From Sphyrna mokarran (lineage: Eukaryota), in assembly GCA_024679065.1 (NCBI GenBank), contig JAGIQG010000006.1, positions 75,640,001 to 75,704,000 of the forward strand: a stretch of 64,000 nt of DNA. The letters run 5' to 3'. A program made the position numbers and the translations under genes. Of the stretch, positions 37,620-49,374 are shown piece after piece (within the stretch, counting starts at the first letter, position 1; each line of letters opens with the position of its first letter). The notes beneath the pieces are model-generated. The model searched no databases. It was not told the DNA's origin and saw only the letters and a list, made by a program, of their open reading frames with translations.

Positions 37620-40600
37620 TTGTTAACATTCATTTTCTGGGTGCTATGTATGTCCTCCGAGCTCCAAAATGGCATCCACAATGCATATGCACACTGTAGG
37701 GTGAGTCAGGCTGGCTGTAATATTGGTATGCATGTTTATGTGCGCTAACTACTGGAATTATACAGAGCATGACACTAATCCTGAAGCCAGCGATACCATT
37801 TTGAAGTCCAGTGCCCCAGTCAATGCTTCCTCTTAATCCGTGCACAGCTGAATATGCAGATAGCATCAGGAAGGATTCCTCACCAAGCTTTTGAAAAGAA
37901 CAAGAACTACCTAACAGGTTAGCATCTGATGAATTACTTCTGGCTGTTGCTTCGATTCTGCAAGAGTTTGGTGTTGCTTTGTGTTGTTGTTTAAAGTTAT
38001 CAGTGTCTGCAGGGGTTGGTGTGGCAGATGCACTTTACTGAGAATATCCTCACTGAAATCCTTCACCTGCTGCGGCCACATCTGCAACCTCCAAGCAGAG
38101 TGCAGACCGCATTCCCAGTGGCTGCACAAGGTGACTTTTATACATTTAGTTCCTTCCAGGCTGGAGCTCGATATGTTTGTAGCATCTCACTATTTACCAT
38201 CCTCTTAAAAGTGTGAGGTAATTCACTTTGGCAGGAATAACAAATGTGTAGAGTATAGGGCTAATGGTAGGACTCTTAATAGTGTTGATGAACAGAGGGA
38301 TCGTGGTGTATATGTGCATAGATCCCTGAAAGTTGGCAATCAAGTCGATAAGGTTGTTAAGAAGGCATACGGAGTCTTAGCTTTTATTGGTAGGGGGATT
38401 GAATTTCGGAGCCGCAACGTCATGTTGCAACTGTACAAAACTCTAGTGCGGCCGCACTTGGAGTATTGTGTGCAGTTCTGGTCCCCGCATTATAAGAAAG
38501 ATGTGGAGGCATTGGAGAGGGTACAGAGGAGGTTTACCAGGATGTTGCCTGGTATGGAGGGCAGGTCTTATGAAGAGAGGCTGAGGGATTTGAGGTTGTT
38601 TTCGTTAGAAAGAAGGCGGCTAAGAGGAGACCTTATTGAAACATATAAGATGATTAGAGGTTTAGATAGGGTGGACAGTGATAGCCTTTTTCCTAGGATG
38701 GAGAAAGCTAGCACGAGGGGACATAGCTTTAAATTAAGGGGTGGTAGTTATAGGACGGATGTCAGAGGTAGGTTCTTTACCCAGAGGGTGGTAAGGGTAT
38801 GGAATGCCCCGCCTGCTGCAGTTGTAGATGCGCCAAGTTTGGGAGCGTTTAAGAGGTTAGTAGATAAGTTTATGGATGAAAAGGGAATGGTTTAGGTTAG
38901 AGGGTCATTGCTTTTTCTTAATTGGTCGGCGCAACATCGAAGGCCGAAGGGCCTGTTCTGCGCTGTTATGTTCTGTGTTCTTATTTTGTATAAAGACCAT
39001 CATTAAGGCTCTCTATTCAATGAGAGCTAACTGCATTTCATTTTCTCTTAGCGAAGACAAGCAGGCAAATGGATATGTGGCTTTGCCACAATTGCAGGCT
39101 TCCCCATGATGCAAAATGTCACCGACTGCCTGCTGTTAATACTACCTATATCAGAACTGACAGAGATTCCATTCCCTCAATATGCAGCTAGTGTGGGACT
39201 ACAGGCAGTGAATTATGCAGACCAATGGTCATTATCTTGGCAGCAATCGTGGTGGTCAGTTTCTTCTGTGCTCTCTAGTAGTTGAGTTTGGAGACAGGGA
39301 AGGCAATACTTAGGCATGAGAGTGGCTGTTGGGGATCTTTGCCATCTTCCCACCTCTACCCGAGTTAAGTCTGGAGTGGGAAGGCCCATGGCTGGCCTTC
39401 ATAACCCACTGCTAATTGACATTCTTTAATCAGCAATTAATTACCCTAAGGGCCTCATTCCACTGCTGCTGGTATCGACACAGCTATGGGTGGGCAAGTC
39501 TTTTGGTCTTCAGAGAATGGATTCAAAGGTACTCTGTCTAATCAAGCAACCCAGAGCCAAGAAGAGAGGTCCTGCTGAAAATCACATCCTGTCCAGCCAG
39601 CCCAAATCCCCTAAATCCTCCTACTCCACTATCCCCGACCTCACAGAACCACTCATGCAATTACTTGCCACTGGCCTGAGTCACTCCTCAATACTGAGCT
39701 ATCATGTCAGCTGCAGTCACCTGCTAGCCACTGTTTGGCCAACAGTCCTTAGTAGCCCAGGATCCTGATCCCAGGAAAAGGCCCGCCAATGGTTTCTCAT
39801 CTGCCTGATTGGCTGTTGGTATAATGGGCCTTCCCCAGCATTTCTCCAGCCAGCAGCTAACCCTCAGCATCTCCTCAAGATTCCACCAGATCTCTTCATT
39901 TTGTGGAAGTCTATTACACCAGCTGTATTTGAGCCATTGTAGCAAACCAAAAGGTGGCTTATTGTGTGACCAGGGCGATCTGCTGATGGTATGGTGGATG
40001 AATTCAGTGCAAACCTTATTCAGAAGCGTGAAGAAAACTTGCAGTGAAAGCCATTCTGCCTCATGAAATGTGATGGAGCCAATCATAGGTGTGACCAACC
40101 AACATGCTGAACATTTTTCACACTGCAGAAGTTCTGCTGCTGGAACCAAATGCAGAAGGCGACACAATAGCTGACAGTAGCTGCCAGCAGCTAATTAGCA
40201 GGTTGACTCAGAGTAAAGACCAGCAGTTGTGCCAAATTGCCATCACTCCTGTTGCTGGCAGGAAGACATAATGGCAACAAGACATCAGGCCCCCATCTTT
40301 TCCCAATTTTTGCCAATACGCCCGGCTCCCTACCTTTCTCCAAAGAGCCTGCAGAATTCAGCTCACTGCTGCATTTGGCAAAGCATAGTTGTTTGCTGCA
40401 TGCCGTACAAGCTGTTCGTAAAGAGATAACCTTTTTCACCAGATGTACAGCAAGCAGTTGAGGAAAAAGAGCATGATGATGAGGAGGAAGAAAAATGGGA
40501 AGAAGAAGAAAGGAGAAAGCAAACATCTCTTTTGGCTGAGTTATCTGTGTAGAACTTATCTCAATGTGTTACCAGATACTGCAATCATGATTCTCCCTTC

Positions 40601-41050
40601 ACTCCTCATCTCATAACTTACCTTTGACCACCACAATGTCCACTTGGCTACAATGCAAAAATAAAATCCACAGCAAATGAGATAATTCCCGCTGCATGCA
40701 GAAGTCAATTAATTACCTTCATGCATCCTTTTAGTGCCTATCTTCCACATGCCTTTGCCTATTTTGGCATCCCAGTGTCATGTTCCTCAGTGACTGCCAC
40801 ATGGCTAGTGGAAGGGTGTGACTCTCAGTGAGGGAGGCTGTAAATGCTGGACAACTGTGAGTGGCTTTGGTCTCAGAGAACCATCCTTCAGACTGCACCA
40901 TCCTGGCATGAGTGGAAAAGCCTGGGCTGGCTGACAGGCGACAGTGAGTAGAGATGGGAGGATGGATGCCAACACTCCCCCAGAGAGAGAGCTCAACAAT
41001 AATAATTAATGTACAATCAACCACAATCATTCAAATGAGCTGTTCTGTTT
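37620..41050 (+). mobile_element. Fragmented PIF/Harbinger transposon (HARBI1-like transposase pseudogene)
   Basis: + strand remnants HFTENILTEILHLLRPHLQP..FSSFQAGARYVCSIS (~38030), CIKTIIKALYS..GFATIAGFPMMQNVTDC (~38987), GLLCDQGDLLMVWWMNSV..SESHSAS*NVMEPIIGV (~39955), SIVVCCMPY plus acidic tail (~40385), in HARBI1 order. Confidence 0.75.
38208..38980 (+). mobile_element. Young 5'-truncated CR1 LINE with open ORF2 C-terminus
   Basis: Uninterrupted 193-aa ORF (KKAYGVLAFIGRGIEFRS..YKTLVRPHLEYCVQFWSPHY..LERVQRRFTRMLPGM); CpGs retained; tail ggccgaagggcctgttctgcgctgttatgttc. Confidence 0.93.
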
Positions 41051-44000
41051 CTGTATTACATTCAACAGACGTGGTTTCATTCTATGTAGTGACCCTTGCT
41101 CCGGTTTTTGGGAGGTATCCAAGTTAGTCCTCTTGGTCTTTGTACGTACAACAAAAGGATCCTCAATTGACATTGCAGTTTGTGCTCTCCCAGATACTTG
41201 GTGCAAGAAAATAAACATGTAACACATTGACATGTATTTTAGTTGGATGGGGACGAAGACATAACCGAACTATGAGTAATCTCATACAAGCATGACTGTG
41301 AATGCTATAGCTGTCTGTCAGCACATTTGCTATTAGCAGTCGACCATGACTCCTTGTACCTGGCCTGATTTTGCAGTAGCTAACTTGGGTGCTTCTCACT
41401 GACTGCCCTTGCTTAGTAACATCCTTTAGTGAGTTCGATATGATATATAATGTTCTCTTCCAGAACCTCAACCTCTGAAAATCTTTAGAAAATAATAAAG
41501 CTCAATCATTAGTGGTAAAACATCACCAATAAAATTCTGCTTCACTTGTCACAGTAATACTAGCAATTTCTGAGCATGTACTTTAGAATCATGCAAATCC
41601 GAGTCTATCAAACAGTTCCTTAGTCTGAAGCAGATTTAACTTTTAAATCACCCATGTCAACCTGTATCCTGTCAGACCCGAATCCCTAATGATATCACCT
41701 TGCCAGATCACAACATTGACCAAATCCTGATTCCAAAAGTATGTCGGATAGAATACTTATCCAGTGTGAGAGGTCTGTGCAGACACACAATTAGCTAGGT
41801 GATGATTGAAAAGCTGTTTTCTGTTTAAATAATCGGTACATTCTGGAAAACGCTGGAACCTGACAGAAGCGAAGAAGCTTAACTCCTTTGTAACTTCTGG
41901 TGTATTCAGGGATGACTGATGCACAAAAGTTTTAATAAGGAAATAATAGGTCCAATGTTCCTTTGCACAGTAAGAAAACTCTGAATTTCTAGATGACAGA
42001 TCTCAATTTCCCTTACACTGTAATTCAGATTCTCAGGTCTTCCCCAGGTAAATGATTCTATGCCTACTGCTTGCCAGGAGCAGCCAGAAGACCCTGTGTC
42101 TGGTGGCTAGCCTGTAACGGTAGGCTTCCCTGACCTGCCACCTTCATTTCCTGGCATTAGGCCCTATGAGAGATACAGCGAGCATGCTCATAACTAGGCA
42201 TATCAAGCTAGAGTGCTGAGCATTCAGAATTGATGTAACATAATATGGCTGCTGTGTGCCAGTCAGGCATTTGTTTAAAAAGATGATGGCAGGGTGAGGG
42301 GGTGAGGCAAAAGGAGTGGAGGGGAAGATGGTAAAATAGGACAATCACAAATGAAACCTTGCACCATTATGGACAGGTCTCTTTATTAAAAATCCATTCA
42401 GAGCTTTGTTAGAAGCTGCTAGAAGTTGGCATTGATACAGAAAAACAGAAACCATAATCCAAACAATCTATTTTCATTTTTGGGAATGTTAACTCCTGCG
42501 GATAACAATTCCATAGGAGTTATGACTGTGAATGTTTATTGGTCAATGTTAAAGAAGAATAAAGATGGTCGCCACTAATACTTTTCTAGCAAAAGTAGCA
42601 AGAACAAGTTGCATGAAAAGTTATCTTGGTTGACAAAATATGTTAGTTTTTGCACTACAAATATAGTTGTCAAACTCGATAATTATCACTGATGAGTAAC
42701 ACATTTCACAATGTGCAAGCTTCTTAAAGCTTTTCAGTCTGTGATTTGAAGTAATGAATGCCACAGTGCTTGCAGTCCCATTTCAGGATGAATGCCAAGT
42801 CCTCAGGCACAGCTTGGGTGAGCCTAACCTAGCTGGTTGCATTGTTCTTTGACTTTGCTTTCAATTATTTCTGACAGGGGATAAAAGATGATGTAATAAA
42901 GCAGCTGAGATTCAATGACTCCCCCTCCAACCTCTGATATCTCTTGTTCTTAGAGGGCCAGTCATTTGGTCTATTTAGTTTTTAACTTAATGAAGGCCAG
43001 TGGATTTGCACACTACATGTATTTACGTTAGGCTCATTCACCACCGACACTTGAATTAAACTCAGAAATATAGCATTTTCATGTTATTTTGTTAACTTTG
43101 AAGATAATATGGGGATCAATTTTCTCAACCTTCCCCAGATGGGAGCAGGGTGCTGCTGCTTTGAAAATTGTGGGGGTTACATGTGGTCCTGTTCCCCTCA
43201 TCACTGCCAGAATAGACAGGTACCTAGGCCACCCATGTGAATCCCTCAACCAAGATGATGGCATCAGACGTAGGATGCCTCAGCCTCACAATTCTGCACG
43301 ACTATAGTTAGAAAAAAACTTCATTAGCTGCAAAGTGCTTTAAGATGCTCTGAAATTATGAGAGCCGCTACATATATAGAGGTCTTTGTTTTCTTCCTCT
43401 CAGTTTATAATTATAGTGAATACTATGATAATCACAGTGTGTTCCAAATTAACAGTGCATCATTCTGTCAGGGCTGGGATACTTTTCAAATAAGTATTCA
43501 TCATTAGGGCTTTAAGGGACATACTGTCCTTTCTCTGAAACACTAGATTCAAATTTTGCCCAGACTGACTGAATGAAGGTAGCTCCCTGCTCTAAGCTGT
43601 AATGTTCTTAAGGGAATATGTTGTACGGTTGCTTCAACTAAGTCTATAAAAGCATTAAAAAATTACCCCTATCTGGAGTTTTCATTCTGAACTAACTCTG
43701 TTCAAAATAGAAAATTTCAAAATAGAGAAGTGCTGGGAGTTTCAGATCTGCCTTTTGGATGCGCACCCTATCTGCAAAATTCTGAAGGAGCCTGTTGCTC
43801 AGAAGAAGTCTGCGATCGGGTTTTAACATACCCAAAAACCTGCAGAGGGAGATAGGGAGCAGGTGGAGGCCTCTGATGCTGAACTTGTGCATCAGCAGTA
43901 GCAAAGGTCTGACAGACAGAGAGCTATCAGGCCCATGCTGGTGTGGGCAGCCTGAAGCAGCTCCGATTCCCTACCATCGCAGGGGCTGCAGCCCGAGATA

Positions 44001-47000
44001 CAACCTCCGCCAACACCTGCCCCCCATCTCTACTACCCAGATCAATCACGGTCACGCTACCATCCCTTTGCAGAGTGGCAGCAGGCCACCTCTCCTTCCC
44101 TCCCCTTTCCTCTTTCCACCAATAACTGCAAAGTGGCAACGGGGTCCCTCCTGCCATTAGCCCTGCACCCATTGACCCTTCCTCATTAATCCCTCACCCC
44201 CTGCACTGCCCAGATGCTAGAGTGGCACTGCCAATCTGGCACTACCCACACAGCACCCCCCTTGCCCTTGGCCTCCCAAAGAGCCTCAGTGGCCTCTGGT
44301 TCCATTGGCAGAATGAAGTTGACTGCTCCCCTTTCATGGGGAGCATGTCTATTCCTTGCTGGCAAGAACTTTTCCCGGTGAGGTGATAAAGGCAGATGAG
44401 CTCGGGTGATTGTGCATCGGGTTCGCTAATGAAATGTAAATGCTTCTTTAAACAAATTTCAGTGCATTAAACTGCCTGTTGCCCATTTGTGGCAAGAGGC
44501 TGACCATGCTGGAAATCTGGTACTCATAAAATGGTATTGATTGCAAAACCCAGTGCCAATCACACTAATTGCTTTACACCCTACTTTATAGCCATGTCAC
44601 ACCCCAAAACAGACACAATGTAATGGTAAAATTTCCTTTTGGAAATGCGTAACAACCACATAAGAGAGTATCATCTTCTTTAGTGAAGACAGATGTACAG
44701 TGTTCATTTAATAATTAGCAATGCCCTATGCCTCCACAAGGAGATTTCCTTTTTTGTCCCTAATCAGCTCTGTCCTTCTTTGAACTACTATTTTCAAAAG
44801 GCCTTTGTGTTCCTCATATGACAAGTGCTAAACTATGATCATTCTTTCAACTTGCTCCCTTTTTTTCTCTTTTATTTCTTCATTGTAATTGTAATATTCA
44901 ATTTGGTTCCTCATTGAATTTTGAACCCAATATTTATCATAATGTTTTTTGGGTTCAGTTTAATCTCGATTGGTTACATAAATGGATTACAAAACTCTGA
45001 CACACTATTTTGAAAGAAATAGAGATCTTGAATATTGATATGATGAAAGATTATTTCTCAAATACCAGGATATGGCACATTCTATCAACTTGTCCTCCTT
45101 TAAAAGACACTGTTCAATTCTGTGCCTTGTTTTAAATTTCTTTTAAGCTTAGTTACCTTTCTGGAGAGAACTAGATGCACAATGTTGCACTTATTTTTTC
45201 TTCAGAGCAAAAACAGTTTTCTTCTGCCTTCCCAACCTCACACCACATTTGTATGGACATATATCGGGAAGATCTGGTGTGCAAAATGCATCTTGCATCT
45301 CTCTCTCAAGGTTGGGAGTCACGATTGTGATGATCACGGAAATTTGTATTTTGTGTGGTGAGGTGGGGTTCAGGAAGCATTAAAAAAGTCACATCTCCTT
45401 GGAGAGGTTATGACCACTGGGAAGTTTGTTAAGGTGTTGGGAATATTCTGACAGGTAAGTGCATAATATTTTCATACTTTCAAATATCACAATTAAATGC
45501 TGTATTGTAATGTAGTTGTCTTTTAGTGCAGGGATTAATCATAAGGATCGGTGCTGCAAAAGGAGGTTGACTTTTACATTGATCCGCATTATGTAATTGC
45601 TGTCATGTATTACAGTACTTTAACAATTGTCAAAACATCATTGTACATTAAAACGTAAAGCAAAATGTCCTGTCAGCCTCCACTATCATGCTTTGTACTA
45701 TGATTTAAATCGTCTGATTGCTTCAGTTGTTAAAACAATTTCTGATTTTGATTGTTGAAACAATATCAGCAGCCACTCCCTTCCATTAATTGATCAGCTT
45801 TGCTTTGAAATTAAAATGGGATACCATTATTTATATCAGTTTCAGGCAATGTAACTGAAAACATTCATCACAAAAACTGTAGCCATTATGAATATTTGGC
45901 TGAGTTTCAAAAGCTATTCATGGCTTCAGCTTAGCAGGGTGGTCTATTGATCCAAGAACGATTGACATTTTAAGAGGCTATATTAACAAAATATACCATT
46001 GATATGGTTTTCTCTTGGCTTATAAACCTAATTGCCTCTTAGATAGTTATATTTATTTTATACTGCAGAATACTTCCCCAGTATTAATGATACTGTGTTT
46101 GAATATAAAATGTTATTGGATTTTTAGATTTTTTTTAGTGATTTTAACATAATTCCCATTGCTATTGCATTGTTCATGAGGACTGTACATGGTAGATATA
46201 AATTCACTATCTGGTTCGCTAATGTAATTTAGGGAAGGAAAACTGTCATTCTTACCTGGTCTGGCCTACATGTGACTCCAGATCCACAACAAGGTGGTTG
46301 ACTCTTAAATGTCCTCTGAAATGGTCTGAGTTCAAACATGATTAAGGTTGACCCATCCCATAAATGAATTAAAAAGTGAGTGGTTATGGAGGATACATGT
46401 AGGACATGTATTGGAACCTGAGAGGGCATGTGCGTGGCATTGAATGACAGGAATTGTAAGGTGGCATGGAGTGGCATGGAGATGGCATGAATGGATAAGA
46501 TTTATGGGGCCTATAAATGAAGTCAGGAGTGGGCTGCCATGACAAAAATTTAGGCAGGCCTTCAAATCAGCCCGTCTCTGCACCCACTCAAATTGCGTCA
46601 CGGCTCACAAGATACACTGTAAACACAGACCCTGTGTGAGAAGACAGAAATCCCACACCGTCATTCATGGGTCGGGTGTACACTTCAGAAGGCACAAAAG
46701 TATGGGGGTTGAGTTTTTCTGAGCCCACACAAAATTCCCAGTTTCCATCTAAGTGTTCACATGGCTTCCTTTAATGCTACCGTTGTTTTAATGATGTCTT
46801 TTTCTTTACATTTTCTTTTCTTCTATCACAAAATAACAATCTAAATAATAATACCTTTCATCATCCTTCATGTAATAAGAAATGTCACAAACCACAGCAA
46901 TGTTGTCTGTGAGGGCATCTTAACTTGAAACAGTGGTTCATAGTGGTGCGTAGTCTTGTTTTGGAATGTTGTGAAAAGTCACATGAAACGCCCAGAGAGA

Positions 47001-47726
47001 ATAACCAGCCCAGACATCATGTAACAATTACAAAAAACTATTTATTAAATTAAACACAAATATACGCCACCAGGACTATAACACTCAAAGGCAATTAAAT
47101 ACATAAATTACTAAACGCACACACAGATTATACAGCAATTGCCCATAATTCTAAAGTATATGTATCTGCAATCCCTGAATTCCTCGAGATATTCCTGTTC
47201 CCAAACAACAACAACATTAAAAAAATCTATAAGTCAAATTTAGCTTATAGTTAACACCAAATATAAGGCAGACAGTCAAATCTGGGAAATGTATTTTCTT
47301 AGGCTAGGGAAGATATTTAAAATACCTGCACTGTTTTGGCTCTTAAACTTCTTAGATGTTAAAATGGCCACTGAGCTGTGATATTGGCCTTTCTAGCTCT
47401 TATATGTTACAATGCCTTCTTGGCTGTTAGATGTTAAACTAGCCTCTTAGCTGTGAGATGTTAACTAGCTTGTCTGCTTCTGCAGGTGCTGGCACTAATA
47501 CCTGGTTCCTCTAAGATTTTCCCCTCTGTGTATTTGGACTGTCTGCATCTCATATTCTGTAACTGTCAAATCAGCATCTGTAAACATGCATTGATCTCTT
47601 AGCTGTCCAGGTAAGCTGTTTCCCAATGATAGTTATTTACACTTCCTTCTGTCTACTAATCTCATTATTGGGAAAGGTCAGATTTCATCATCCCCTTTGA
47701 ATGCTGACTGCTGCTGTCACTAGCTA

Positions 47727-48110
47727 TTTGATTTGATTTGATTTGATTTATTATTGTCATATGTATTAGTACACAGTGAAAAGTATTGTTTTTTGCGTGC
47801 TATATAGACAAAGCATATTGTTCATAGACAAGGGAAGGAGAGACTGCAGAATATAATGTTACAGTCATTGCTATGGTGTAGAAAAAGATCAATTTAATAC
47901 AAGGAAGTTCCATTCAAAAGTCTGACTGCAGCAGGGAGGAAGTTGTTCTTGAGTTGGTTGATAAGTAACCTCAGACTTTTTTTATCTTTTTCCCAATGGA
48001 AGAAGGTGGAAGAGAGAATGTCCGAGGTGCGTGGAATCCTTGATTATGCTGGCTGCTTTGCTGAGGCTGCAGGAAGTGTAGACAAATTGGAAAGCTGGTT
48101 TGCCAGGTAG
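47727..48110 (-). mobile_element. LINE 3' end (Rex/Babar- or L2-like) with (ATTTG)n microsatellite tail
   Basis: atttgatttgatttgatttgatttattattgtca tail followed by LINE-like 3' sequence. Confidence 0.6.
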
Positions 48111-48240
48111 ATCCAAGGCAGAAAAAGTACTTTATTGTGGTCAGAAAATCAACAAGACTGTTGTGGACAGAGGAAGAAAAAGAAACTAAGACTCCCCCTC
48201 CTCCCACAATTCCTTTCCCTTTCATCTATAATCAATGCAG

Positions 48241-48531
48241 TTTGTTTTCAAGTGTCACAAGTAGGCTTACATTAATGCTGCATTGAAGTTCCCGTGAAAA
48301 TCCCCTAGTTGACACACTCTGGTGCCTGTTTGGGTATACTGAGGGAGAATTTATCATGGCCAATGCACTAACCAGCACATCTTTTGGAATGTGGGAGGAT
48401 ACTGGAGCACCTGGACAAAACCCACAGATGTGGGGAGAATGTGCAAACTTTGCACAGTCAGTGACCCTAAGAATCGAACTTGTGTCCCTGATGCTGTAAG
48501 GCAACAGTGCTAACCACTGTGCCACCATGCC
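48241..48531 (-). mobile_element. Near full-length HE1-related SINE with an alternative tail
   Basis: Reverse strand starts ggcatggtggcacagtggttagcactgttgcc (tRNA A-box), B-box gttcgattc, V-domain-like body. Confidence 0.85.
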
Positions 48532-48834
48532 ACCTACATATATGTGTGTGTTTTTATGCCCCCTTTGTGTTGTAGCCAATTTTAAAAAAATATCAGCAGT
48601 AGGCCTGCAATGGTTTAAACAAAAACGATTATTTATTCACATATTTACCCTGAAAGATCTAAACGCTAGATCAGTTACACAATACTCTCAAGAAAGATAC
48701 AGTAAAATGAAATAGTTTACTTCAACAAGCGTAACCAGAAGAATGGTTTACTGTCATGCCTCTTTGTGGGTCCATTGAAGAAAGAAACTTTTCATATTCT
48801 TATTGTAACTCAGATAGGGTTCAGAAGGCCAGGA

Positions 48835-49017
48835 GTTGGACATCAGAGCTAACGTTTTGAGTCCAGACGGCCCTTTGATCCTTTCGGACAAAGGGTCATC
48901 TGGACTCGAAATATCAGCTCTTCTCTCTCTTTACAGATGCTGCCAAACCGGCTGAGATTTTCCAGCATTTTCTCTTTTGGTCTCAGATTCCAGCATCTCC
49001 AATAATTTGCTTTTATC
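48835..49017. mobile_element. Palindromic Penelope-like relic with degenerate hammerheads on both strands
   Basis: agagctaacgttttgagtccagacggcccttt / aaagggtcatctggactcgaaatatcagctct. Confidence 0.7.
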
Positions 49018-49374
49018 AGGATTACCTTAAAGGGAAGGATGTTCAGTAAGTCATGCAGTTAGATACTTACTGTTATTGTGTCAGGAAATCCGTTTTCATT
49101 GTAGGTGAATTAAGAGTTTGGAATCAGGCTGGGAGACTTTGAAAAAATATCTTCAATCCTTTTGGTTCTTAAAAGGTGGCAAATTATTTCTGCAGTTTTG
49201 TCTAGTTGGTCTTATCTGCAGACTGGCCTTCAGCCTGTTCTGAGTTCTTGGTTAAAAGGATTTCAGTATCACAAAACTAGTTTCACATGGTCAATGTTGA
49301 ATAGAGAGTTTTTCACACTTGTGGATAGTTGCCTTTGTCAGCTTTCCTTTGTTATGCTGTAAACATGGAGACAG

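Noticed and set aside
38314-38895. Longest ORF (193 aa) as a host gene
   Set aside because: It is the C-terminus of CR1 ORF2
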